IMG/VR virus record: IMGVR_UViG_3300050343_000240 | Coordinates: 1 to 58,238 of that record | Length of the DNA: 58,238 bases | Direction: 5' to 3' (one strand) | Origin: a virus | Lineage: Duplodnaviria; Caudoviricetes | Part shown: positions 19,472 to 27,232 of the stretch, in pieces | Numbering within the stretch: position 1 is the stretch's first letter | Layout of the letters: each line of letters begins with the position of its first letter | Made by a program: the position numbers and the translations under genes | The notes under the pieces: generated by a model | What the model saw: the letters and a program-made list of their open reading frames with translations, nothing else | What the model was told of the DNA's origin: nothing | Databases searched by the model: none

Positions 19472-20075
19472 TTAATAATATTTTTTCCCTCTTAATCTCA
19501 GTCGTTATATTTCTATACACTGTTCTAGTAGAAACTTTCAGTGCTTTAGCTATAGTAGCGATAGTTATTTTACGGTTTGTATCGTGAATATACAACATTG
19601 TTTCATAAATATCGTTAGGCTCAGCCATTTTTTTGCGACCTATAAGTTTACCTACTATGCTAAGCTTCTCTGAAGTGCTTAACCCTGAGTGGTCTTTAAA
19701 TATTATTTTTCTTACTTTATTTTTAGGTGGTTCTTCTAAATCCATTTCAAATACTTCATCAACAGTATTTTTAATTGATGCATCTGTCAATGCTACTGTA
19801 ATGAACCCATTATCTTTATCCCCTATGAATTGTGCTAACTCTAATATATCATCATAAGTTAGTTGAGGATTTAAATACCATAACACAAGCAGATGCCATT
19901 TAAATGATCTGTAAGACGTTATCTTAGCCTTACTTCTGAATAGCTCATAACATTCACGAGTTCCATTCTCATAAAAATTACCCCAACTAAAAATTTCAGA
20001 AGGGGTATCAGTGATAGGATTGCGTCTGTATATGATGCGTCTTCGATTTAAATAATCAAGTTTTCTATGCGACAT
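19458..20075 (-). CDS. DNA-binding protein with C-terminal HTH (possible origin-binding protein or regulator)
   Basis: C-terminal ITIATIAKALKVSTRTVYRN helix-turn-helix. Confidence 0.7.
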   Translation of the reverse strand: MSHRKLDYLNRRRIIYRRNPITDTPSEIFSWGNFYENGTRECYELFRSKAKITSYRSFKWHLLVLWYLNPQLTYDDILELAQFIGDKDNGFITVALTDASIKNTVDEVFEMDLEEPPKNKVRKIIFKDHSGLSTSEKLSIVGKLIGRKKMAEPNDIYETMLYIHDTNRKITIATIAKALKVSTRTVYRNITTEIKREKILLNEEV

Positions 20076-20116
20076 TAGCCTGCTACTATAGTTATTTTAT
20101 TAGCTATCGTCACACT
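20068..20116 (-). promoter_or_regulatory. 49-bp palindromic element, copy 1 (overlaps the start codon of the HTH gene)
   Basis: Reverse complement AGTGTGACGATAG-N17-GTAGCAGGCTAATGTCGCA matches 26330-26378. Confidence 0.75.
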
Positions 20117-20200
20117 CTGGTCCGATAACCTCGTAAAGGATTTCTAAATCCTCTAATTCTTGTTTTGTAATATGATCTAACAGATCTTTTGTTTTACCCA

Positions 20201-20410
20201 TTATAATAAAACTAATTTTAAATATTTTTGATATTCTTTCATTCTACTACTTATTTCTTGTAGTTCCTTAACCTTTTTATTTAATTCTTTACCTTTTAGT
20301 TCATCAATATTTTTAGCCTTTTGGCTAAGTTTCATGTGTAATGAAAATATATGATACCTAACTGAGGTTACATGTTTCTTTTTTCTTGATACTAATCTGT
20401 CTAAAATCAT
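20201..20410 (-). CDS. Hypothetical basic coiled-coil protein
   Basis: 69-aa ORF on the arm's coding strand. Confidence 0.6.
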   Translation of the reverse strand: MILDRLVSRKKKHVTSVRYHIFSLHMKLSQKAKNIDELKGKELNKKVKELQEISSRMKEYQKYLKLVLL

Positions 20411-20639
20411 ATGTTTTTTCTTTTAATTTTATATAATCAGGTTTTTTTAAGTACTTGTATAATTTGTAACTCATTTTAATATAATTCAATAAATTCTATA
20501 TCTACTTCTGGTGGATAGTATCTTAATATACCTTCTACCGTTTCATCTTGTGCTTTTTGAGACATCTCTAAATTAATAAGATAATCAAGTTTTTTACCTT
20601 TATACTTAACAATTAGTCGTCCCATACGTAAATTTTGCA

Positions 20640-20915
20640 TCATAGCTTTTGTATTTTAGTTCTGATCATTCTGATCTTATTCTTAATCATATTTGCTTTC
20701 TCATACTCTTCTTCTTTTACATAAGTATCTAAGAGTTCTTCTAGCTTCATTAATTCAATATGCAAATACTCAAGCTCGTCTACATGTTTAGAATTACCGA
20801 ATTCATCACTAATTATATAAGTGTTGTTTTCTTTTTCATAACTTTCTTGTTGCTTCATTAATTTTTCAAATAAAGCTTCAGCAATTTTATTTATATCGTC
20901 TTCGGTTAAACTCAT
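20640..20915 (-). CDS. Hypothetical protein with C-terminal UVR-like coiled-coil motif
   Basis: YVKEEEYEKANMIKNKI. Confidence 0.6.
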   Translation of the reverse strand: MSLTEDDINKIAEALFEKLMKQQESYEKENNTYIISDEFGNSKHVDELEYLHIELMKLEELLDTYVKEEEYEKANMIKNKIRMIRTKIQKL

Positions 20916-20942
20916 GCGGTTCTTATTATATTACTATTTATT

Positions 20943-21125
20943 TTATTTATTTAATAATTCGTAAAGTTCAGATTTCATTTTAATAATAGCTTCGGAAGCT
21001 TGAATGATTTCGTGTATAGCATTCGCTTCGTCATCCGTTATAACACGATTTCTAAAGTTAATAGTCTGTAAACCATGCACAAAATTCCATATTGTAGCTG
21101 CTGTTTCGGAGATGTTATTTAACAT
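20943..21125 (-). CDS. Hypothetical protein
   Basis: 60-aa ORF overlapping its upstream neighbour. Confidence 0.6.
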   Translation of the reverse strand: MLNNISETAATIWNFVHGLQTINFRNRVITDDEANAIHEIIQASEAIIKMKSELYELLNK

Positions 21126-21342
21126 GTTTGAATTTATAATTTCTTAATATATACTTATTTATAAATTTACCTATAGAATGAGAGGATCTCATACCTTGAA
21201 ATGTAAATCTAGGTACATCCATATAATCATAACGTTTACCGTTGTTGAATGTTATACTCAACAATTTAGTTTCATAATTATAGTCTGCTCGTTTGATTGC
21301 TTGTGAATCTACTTTAATTGTTTCTTTTTTTAATTTAATCAT
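21115..21342 (-). CDS. KTSC-domain protein
   Basis: SQAIKRADYN...LSITFNNGKRYDYMDVP...SIGKFINKYI. Confidence 0.85.
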   Translation of the reverse strand: MIKLKKETIKVDSQAIKRADYNYETKLLSITFNNGKRYDYMDVPRFTFQGMRSSHSIGKFINKYILRNYKFKHVK

Positions 21343-21737
21343 AATCCTAATTTATTTATTTTGTCTTCTAATTTATATACTTTATCTAATAATTTATCAA
21401 ATGTAAAATCAATATTATCTTTTTTACCGGGTTTAATATATTTTTTATCTAGTTGGCTTGCAATATGATCATAAACATCTTGCATATATGGATCGTATTT
21501 AGCTTCCATATCATATTTATTAAGACCATTAATTACTGTAGCGTGTTCGCGTTTAACGACTCTACCTATCTTAGTTAGGCTTGCATACCTACAATAGTTT
21601 TTAGCTAGTTTAAAGTATATAAAACGGCCTTGATATACGTCTCGTCTTCTACCTTTCTGTGTTAAGTCTTTGATTTTTAATCTTTTTTGAACCATTTCAA
21701 GTACTGATTCAGGTTGTATTATATCTTGTAATTCCAT
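21339..21737 (-). CDS. Protein with a DnaA domain IV-like HTH
   Basis: RRRDVYQGR...SLTKIGRVVKREHATVINGL resembles the DnaA C-terminal signature. Confidence 0.75.
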   Translation of the reverse strand: MELQDIIQPESVLEMVQKRLKIKDLTQKGRRRDVYQGRFIYFKLAKNYCRYASLTKIGRVVKREHATVINGLNKYDMEAKYDPYMQDVYDHIASQLDKKYIKPGKKDNIDFTFDKLLDKVYKLEDKINKLGL

Positions 21738-21762
21738 ATTTATTATCTGTTTTTATTCGTGT

Positions 21763-21966
21763 TTATCTTGTAAATTTATATATTGAATTGTGAGTGAATT
21801 TTGTTTTATGTAATTTTTTACCTGTGAATATTAAATCACGATTTTTACTATAATCACTATCTGTAAATGGCTTACAATGGCCATGCACATCAGTTTCAGC
21901 TTTCCATTTAGCTGCGTTAGCTTTCTTTTTATCTTCCATGTATTGTTTTAATTCTTGTATTGTCAT
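21763..21966 (-). CDS. Hypothetical early protein
   Basis: 67-aa ORF. Confidence 0.6.
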   Translation of the reverse strand: MTIQELKQYMEDKKKANAAKWKAETDVHGHCKPFTDSDYSKNRDLIFTGKKLHKTKFTHNSIYKFTR

Positions 21967-22227
21967 TAGTATAAAGGTTTAGTGTATTGCTCGTCAGTTT
22001 TCCAGTGGTTCATAATATGTTCACCAGTTGAATTATCTATATAATACGTGAAAGTACCTATAGTTATATATACTGATTTTTCGGATCGTACGTCTATAAT
22101 CATGATATTTCTTTTATATAATTTAATGCCGCTTTTTCTGTATTAAAATCTTTATAGCCAGCATATATTTCATTCTTTTTCCAAAGAACTCTGTATTGAT
22201 CGTTAATAGTTAATTTAATTTTTGTTT

Positions 22228-22470
22228 TCATGCTGTTAATTCTTTTGCCATATATGTTGTATATGGTGTTTTTGTTTTCATTGGTTCAACTAGTTCGGCT
22301 ATGCGTAGCCATACCTTTAGGTTGCTAATGTCACCCATAACTAGTTTATAAGATAGTTCAGGCCAAGCAACTTGGTGTCTGTTTTTAAATTGAGTACGTA
22401 TACTTAATCTGTAGTGTGCTATTTTAGATATTAGCTTTGCCTCAATTCGATCGTCGATTGGATTTGTCAT
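22228..22470 (-). CDS. Hypothetical early protein (likely start MTNPIDD)
   Basis: In-frame ATG at 22470; the upstream ATG lies inside a structured element. Confidence 0.55.
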   Translation of the reverse strand: MTNPIDDRIEAKLISKIAHYRLSIRTQFKNRHQVAWPELSYKLVMGDISNLKVWLRIAELVEPMKTKTPYTTYMAKELTA

Positions 22471-22502
22471 ATTGTTTATTTTAAAGTTATTATTTAATAT
22501 TG

Positions 22503-22735
22503 TACAGGAGAGAAGGAACATTACCCTTGCTTCATCTCGAGATTCTATTTACCCGTCGGCAATCTCCTGTAGATTGTTAGTTAAGCCAAACCGCCCCAGA
22601 GAATGTCTGGTATTTTTTCAAGGCGGCTAGCTCAACATGAAACACACAACTAAGTGCTTTTGATGGTGTCCATTTGAGGTTCTTCAGGTAGCTAATCCCT
22701 ATCCTCGACGAAGCCAACGTGGTAGAGGACCATCA
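22503..22735 (-). ncRNA. Cluster of three stem-closed structured RNA-like elements, family unknown
   Basis: GC-richer non-coding island with closing stems at 22503-22571, 22580-22636 and 22661-22735; G-U pairs favour the minus strand. Confidence 0.55.
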
Positions 22736-22887
22736 TAAATGTTATAACTGTTGGTTCAGTATGTAGTTAATAACTTGACTAGGTGTACCAGTCATTGTAC
22801 GTTCTTCATTGTATAGATCTTTGAACGTTAAGCTATAGAACTTTGGTTTGTGTATAGCAAACTTTGTGTTGTGTTTGTTGCCTGCCA

Positions 22888-23118
22888 TTACTTTGTATTT
22901 GTAGTTTCAATTTGTTTTTCGTTTTCAAGCTTTGTTATTACGTCATGAAGCTTAACTGTTATATAGTCAATTATATCTTCTACGTCAAAGCCATCGGCCC
23001 ATACTACAGGTACAAACTTTTCGAGCATGTATCTTGTATCCCAGTCGGCATTAGTTAGTTTTTCAATGCGACTGATTTTGTTTTGTAAGTCTAAGTAATT
23101 TTTTAATTGTGTGTTCAT
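22888..23118 (-). CDS. Hypothetical early protein
   Basis: 76-aa ORF starting 27 bp from a motif copy. Confidence 0.7.
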   Translation of the reverse strand: MNTQLKNYLDLQNKISRIEKLTNADWDTRYMLEKFVPVVWADGFDVEDIIDYITVKLHDVITKLENEKQIETTNTK

Positions 23119-23144
23119 AATATTTAATTGTTTGTTTGTTCGTT

Positions 23145-23179
23145 AATAATATCCGTTATGCTTCGTGTTTACTTTGTAA
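23145..23179 (-). promoter_or_regulatory. Early promoter-like motif copy
   Basis: + strand AATAATATCC-GTTATGCT-TCGTGTTTACTTTGTAA. Confidence 0.75.
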
Positions 23180-23485
23180 TTCTTCATCATTGCATTCAAT
23201 AAAGTTTTCAACTTCATACTCAGGGAAGAACTCATCTACGTCTGAGCAATATACATTTGCATCTTCATCTAATTCTGATATAGTTTCTATTAAAGTATCA
23301 AAATCTGGTTTGTAATAGAATACATCATTCTCCCAATCTATGTTAGATACGTCGTGTGATACTACATAGATTTCATAACCATCTGCAGTTGTTTGCGTGT
23401 AGATATGTAGATCGCAGTATTTTCCGTAGTCTTCTGTAATTTTATCTATGTTTAATATTTTTGTTAGTTGTTCAATGTGTGTCAT
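23156..23485 (-). CDS. Acidic hypothetical early protein
   Basis: 109-aa D/E-rich ORF. Confidence 0.7.
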   Translation of the reverse strand: MTHIEQLTKILNIDKITEDYGKYCDLHIYTQTTADGYEIYVVSHDVSNIDWENDVFYYKPDFDTLIETISELDEDANVYCSDVDEFFPEYEVENFIECNDEELQSKHEA

Positions 23486-23657
23486 TTTGTAATTCTTTTA
23501 ATTAATGTAAATAATATTTGTTGTTTTACTTTTAGTTCTAATTCGTTGAAGTCATCACCATCAAAGTTTTTATTTGTAACCTGCCAGTGTATTGTATTAT
23601 CAATGTGCTCATCAATTTCTTCAACACATTGTTCTGCTAATAATCTAATAATTTTGT

Positions 23658-23858
23658 TCATGCTATTTCAAGATTAAGTTGTTGTGCTACGTAGTTGATA
23701 TGCCTCGACGTCGTTGGACTATGCGATCCGACGCCGGGGACATACCAGTTCACCAAATGAAGCTTGTTATTTTTTACTGTTGCAACGCATGTATCATAAG
23801 AATAAATATCATTGCCAACTTGTTTTAGATTTTGTTTGTATCTGTCAAATGTTTTCAT
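23658..23858 (-). CDS. Hypothetical early protein
   Basis: 66-aa ORF downstream of a motif copy; IYSYDT...SPTTSRHINY. Confidence 0.7.
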   Translation of the reverse strand: MKTFDRYKQNLKQVGNDIYSYDTCVATVKNNKLHLVNWYVPGVGSHSPTTSRHINYVAQQLNLEIA

Positions 23859-23883
23859 GTGTGTGTTTGTTTGTTGTTTCGTT

Positions 23884-23925
23884 AATAATATCCGTTTGTC
23901 ACCACTCGTGTTAAGTCTGTTGTAA
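23884..23925 (-). promoter_or_regulatory. Early promoter-like motif copy (longer-spacer variant)
   Basis: + strand AATAATATCC-N12-TCGTGTTAAGTCTGTTGTAA. Confidence 0.6.
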
Positions 23926-23926
23926 T

Positions 23927-24142
23927 TTATCCGATATAATCTAATAGTTTTTTTATCTTCTTTAGATTCTTGTGTGCACTTTGGGCACTCATAAATTGTG
24001 CGTAGTCTGGTCCAACTGCGACTAATTCATTCACTGTTTTTTTAACCATATATAATTTTTCTTTAGTTGTAAATGGTTCATTCAGTATTCCCATTGGGTC
24101 GTTGTTCAATATTTCTTTTAGTATTTCGTCTTTAGTCTTCAT
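23927..24142 (-). CDS. Hypothetical early protein
   Basis: 71-aa ORF. Confidence 0.65.
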   Translation of the reverse strand: MKTKDEILKEILNNDPMGILNEPFTTKEKLYMVKKTVNELVAVGPDYAQFMSAQSAHKNLKKIKKLLDYIG

Positions 24143-24276
24143 ATAATTTTATATTGTCATCAGGGTGATATTGAAATTTATCTTTTGGTGCTCGAGGTGT
24201 TAATGTGGGTCGCTCCCATTTGTATCCTAGTATTGGGTTAATTCCATAATTCCAGAAGTCCCAAGGCATTTCGTTT

Positions 24277-24474
24277 TTAGTATCCGTATCTTGCATAATG
24301 TTTGATTGTATTTATACTTGCTTTATTAAATTGTTTAACTCGTTTTCTGTAGTTCGCATCAAGGCAATACTTCTTCATTGCATTCACAGAAGCGATTCCG
24401 TGATCTGTACCGTGTTCTTTTTCGAACTCTTGTATTTGTATTAGCTTAGCGTCTATTTGTTCTTGTGTGATCAT
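24277..24474 (-). CDS. Hypothetical early protein
   Basis: 65-aa ORF. Confidence 0.65.
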   Translation of the reverse strand: MITQEQIDAKLIQIQEFEKEHGTDHGIASVNAMKKYCLDANYRKRVKQFNKASINTIKHYARYGY

Positions 24475-24750
24475 TTTAATGTCATTGTTATTAATTCAAA
24501 TTCTTCGTTTGTGATGATGCCTTCCATCAGTGCACCAAATTCTTTTGAGACGTCACGTCCTGTGTATTTGTTTACTATTGTCATATTATATATTGTTTTT
24601 TAATTTCTTTTATTAATTCAACTCGTCTGTCTATTAGCTGTTGGTGTATATTAAGTAGCTTTTCTTGTTGGTCTAGTGATAACTTTAAGTCGTGTAACTT
24701 TAGATCTTGTATCATATCTAGTTTGCCATTTATTTCGTGTAGTTTTGGTA

Positions 24751-24909
24751 TCATAGCTTACTAAATTTTTTGATTAAGCTTAATTCTGTTTCAAATATCC
24801 ATTGTTGTGATATGTTTAGTTGTCCTAAGCGATCTACATCAGCTTTTGTTTTTACATAGTCAACTAAGCTGAAGTAAAGTTTGTCTATTTCTTGTTGTGT
24901 TAATTTCAT
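24751..24909 (-). CDS. Small early protein (52 aa, MKLTQQEIDKLYF...)
   Basis: Translated by hand; directly downstream of the motif at 24933. Confidence 0.6.
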   Translation of the reverse strand: MKLTQQEIDKLYFSLVDYVKTKADVDRLGQLNISQQWIFETELSLIKKFSKL

Positions 24910-24932
24910 TTGTGTTTGTTTTTATATTCATT

Positions 24933-24967
24933 TATATTATCCAATTTACATCGTATTAAGCTTGTAG
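24933..24967 (-). promoter_or_regulatory. Early promoter-like motif copy
   Basis: + strand TATATTATCC-AATTTACA-TCGTATTAAGCTTGTAG. Confidence 0.75.
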
Positions 24968-25144
24968 TTTAGTATAAGAGTAATATACTTTTGTTGTGTC
25001 TATATTATCCCATAATGCTTTCCTTGCAAATGTTACTCTAGTTGTACTCTTTACAGGTCTAATGTAATTTGCCATAAGTGATTGAGTACGTTGGTTTTGT
25101 CTTGCTATTTTCTTCTTGATCTTGTTGTATGCTTCAGTAGTCAT
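24956..25144 (-). CDS. Hypothetical early protein
   Basis: 62-aa ORF ending inside the motif. Confidence 0.6.
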   Translation of the reverse strand: MTTEAYNKIKKKIARQNQRTQSLMANYIRPVKSTTRVTFARKALWDNIDTTKVYYSYTKLQA

Positions 25145-25509
25145 AGTGTGTATGTTTTATTTGTTAATATTTTTAGTTGATAGGTATAATACCTTGTTTG
25201 TGTGTACGTTAAAAGTTATTTTAGCTAATATTTTTAAGTAGTTTATCAATTTTAGTTACAATTTCAAATGCTTTGTGTTGACTTGATTCAGTATGTTGAT
25301 CGTTGTTTGCAAAGTCTTCCATTGCATATCTGATGAGGTGTAACTCTAGTGGTTTGAAATTAGTTTCCATGTTGTTTGTTTTATTTGTTATGATAATATA
25401 CTTAGTAGTTCTAGTTTTCTATTTTGAGATTCAGGTGTTGGGTTGAAGTTTGATTCAAATTCTTCAATTAGTTGTAGTTCTTTATATATTTCTTTTAAGT
25501 TTATATTGA

Positions 25510-25641
25510 TCATAATTCTTCTTTTACTATTTCTATTTGTTCTTTAACTTGTTTTATTCTTTCAATATCTTTTGCATCTTTTACTTGTTCAAGTATTGTT
25601 TCGAGTGCAAGTACTATTAACCATTTATTTAATTTATCCAT
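25510..25641 (-). CDS. Small early protein (43 aa, MDKLNKWLIVLALE...)
   Basis: Translated by hand; downstream of the motif at 25665. Confidence 0.55.
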   Translation of the reverse strand: MDKLNKWLIVLALETILEQVKDAKDIERIKQVKEQIEIVKEEL

Positions 25642-25664
25642 GTGTGTGTGTTTTAATGTTCTTA

Positions 25665-25699
25665 TATATTATCCAGTTGAGGTCGTGTTAGTCTTGTAA
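25665..25699 (-). promoter_or_regulatory. Early promoter-like motif copy
   Basis: + strand TATATTATCC-AGTTGAGG-TCGTGTTAGTCTTGTAA. Confidence 0.78.
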
Positions 25700-25831
25700 T
25701 TCTTCAAGTTCTTTATAAACCATTTCCATGATCACTTCTTGTAGTTCGTCATCAGTATATTCATATTGTAGTTCTGAATGTTCTTGTATTAGTTGGTTAT
25801 ATAATTCTTCTATTCGATCTTCTCTATCCAT
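25688..25831 (-). CDS. Small acidic early protein (47 aa, MDREDRIEELYNQL...ELQD)
   Basis: Translated by hand; lies between two motif copies. Confidence 0.6.
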   Translation of the reverse strand: MDREDRIEELYNQLIQEHSELQYEYTDDELQEVIMEMVYKELEELQD

Positions 25832-25853
25832 GTTGTTAGTTTTTATATTCATT

Positions 25854-25888
25854 TATATTATCCAGTTGAGGTCGTATTTACTTTGTAA
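25854..25888 (-). promoter_or_regulatory. Early promoter-like motif copy
   Basis: + strand TATATTATCC-AGTTGAGG-TCGTATTTACTTTGTAA. Confidence 0.78.
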
Positions 25889-25891
25889 AAA

Positions 25892-26041
25892 TTATTTGTT
25901 TAATTGTTTTTGTACTTCAAGTTCTTTTAAGTATATTTGGTTTAATTTAACTATAACATGTTCAATTGCATATTGATAATTTAAATATTTTTTATTAGAA
26001 ACTTTTATTATTAATTTTTCAAGTTGTTTAGTTGTAGACAT
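25892..26041 (-). CDS. Small early protein (49 aa, MSTTKQLEKLIIKV...)
   Basis: Translated by hand; lies between two motif copies. Confidence 0.55.
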   Translation of the reverse strand: MSTTKQLEKLIIKVSNKKYLNYQYAIEHVIVKLNQIYLKELEVQKQLNK

Positions 26042-26066
26042 TGTGTTATTATTTTTTTGTTACATA

Positions 26067-26101
26067 TATATTATCCAAATTGGTTCGTGTTTAGTTTGTA
26101 A
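26067..26101 (-). promoter_or_regulatory. Early promoter-like motif copy
   Basis: + strand TATATTATCC-AAATTGGT-TCGTGTTTAGTTTGTAA. Confidence 0.78.
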
Positions 26102-26145
26102 AATGCTATACACGAAAACGTGTATCGCTAAGATCGAAGCCTAAC

Positions 26146-26180
26146 TATATTATCCAATTAGTTTCGTACTAAGTTTGTAA
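26146..26180 (-). promoter_or_regulatory. Early promoter-like motif copy (most upstream)
   Basis: + strand TATATTATCC-AATTAGTT-TCGTACTAAGTTTGTAA. Confidence 0.75.
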
Positions 26181-26255
26181 AAAGTAAAAACCTAAAAAGT
26201 TTTACAAAAACAGCCCAAATGGGACCCCCGTGGGGTAAAATAAAAGTGTTTTGTA

Positions 26256-26280
26256 TAAAGCGTTGATTGTCAATATGTTA
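26256..26280. promoter_or_regulatory. Palindromic TAA-N5-TGA-N3-TCA-N5-TTA site (IHF-consensus-like)
   Basis: TAAAGCGTTGATTGTCAATATGTTA; the minus strand contains AATCAACGCTTTA, matching WATCAANNNNTTR. Confidence 0.5.
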
Positions 26281-26329
26281 TGTGTAACCCAATAGTTCCC
26301 TATATCTTGTACTATAATTTACCTGAAGA

Positions 26330-26378
26330 AGTGTGACAATAGGGTGTTAATTTATATATGTAGTAGGCTAACGTCGCA
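26330..26378 (+). promoter_or_regulatory. 49-bp palindromic element, copy 2 (in the divergence region)
   Basis: AGTGTGACAATAG-N17-GTAGTAGGCTAACGTCGCA, an inverted copy of 20068-20116. Confidence 0.75.
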
Positions 26379-26474
26379 CTTTTAATCTTTACATGTTCTG
26401 TGTGATTATATACATGTTAACTTATTTTAAAAAATAATAACATAATAACTAATAGTCATAACTAAACAAACACT

Positions 26475-26621
26475 ATGAACCAAGAAACATTATCTGAAAT
26501 AAAAAAAATACATGATGGCATAGATGCGTTAAATGACGCTGTTGTTAAGTTGATTGACACTATAGCTGAGATGAATTTATGTAATAAAGAATGTACTGAT
26601 TGCACTTGCGGTAAAAAGTAA
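26475..26621 (+). CDS. Small protein (48 aa) with Cys-rich C-terminus CNKECTDCTC
   Basis: Translated by hand; first gene of the plus arm. Confidence 0.6.
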   Translation: MNQETLSEIKKIHDGIDALNDAVVKLIDTIAEMNLCNKECTDCTCGKK

Positions 26622-26638
26622 GTGATTAATATATAGAC

Positions 26639-26881
26639 ATGGCAAAACAAAAATTATCAAGATTAGCTGCAGCTAGAAAGCGCGCAAGAGACTTAGCCTA
26701 TGCAATGACACCTAGACGTCGTAAAATGAAAGCTGAGAACCAAAGATTACGCCGCGCTGCAAAAAAGAACGGTAAGAATATTAAAAATAAAGATTACGAC
26801 CACACAAAGAAAAAATTTGTATCTGTTAAAGCAAACAGATCAGGGCACGGAAAAGGAACCAAAATAAATAACACAAAATAA
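26639..26881 (+). CDS. Small basic protein
   Basis: 80 aa, K/R-rich; KDYDH...KANR resembles a degenerate HNH. Confidence 0.7.
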   Translation: MAKQKLSRLAAARKRARDLAYAMTPRRRKMKAENQRLRRAAKKNGKNIKNKDYDHTKKKFVSVKANRSGHGKGTKINNTK

Positions 26882-26944
26882 AAACCAAAAGTCTGAGTAG
26901 ACTTAAAACTATAACCAATTTTAATAACCAAAATAAAAACCAAA

Positions 26945-27232
26945 ATGACGTATTTTTATTACAAGACCGATACATGGTCACAAGACGAACCAAAAATGCC
27001 ACAACAAACCTTAGACCTCTGGAAAGATTACTCTGAAAAAAAGAATTGGAGAATCACACAGTTGCCTAATGGCTACTACCAAACTGAGTTTAATTTAAAC
27101 GACTCTTGGAAAAGTGTAACTAGAAGAGAAACAATTGAAGCTGCAGAGCGCGCGATTGATTCTTCAGTAGAACACTACAAAAGAAAATTAAAATTAAGCG
27201 ACGGACCAGTTGTAGTTAAAACTTTTAAGTGA
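26945..27232 (+). CDS. Hypothetical protein
   Basis: 95-aa ORF with A-rich leader. Confidence 0.75.
   Translation: MTYFYYKTDTWSQDEPKMPQQTLDLWKDYSEKKNWRITQLPNGYYQTEFNLNDSWKSVTRRETIEAAERAIDSSVEHYKRKLKLSDGPVVVKTFK

Noticed and set aside
22503-22571. Canonical tRNA gene
   Set aside because: Acceptor-like stem is present but there is no TTC T-loop, clear D-arm or anticodon arm; kept only as an unknown structured element
22684-22702. rRNA fragment (GGATTAGCTACC resembles the 16S GGATTAGATACC)
   Set aside because: Only ~12 nt of similarity and no flanking rRNA sequence
23145-26180. Repeated 35-bp motif as a CRISPR array
   Set aside because: Copies are degenerate, irregularly spaced (79 to ~1050 bp), separated by ORFs, and no cas genes are present
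20068-26378. Transposon or prophage att ends
   Set aside because: No transposase or integrase, no target duplication, and one copy overlaps a start codon
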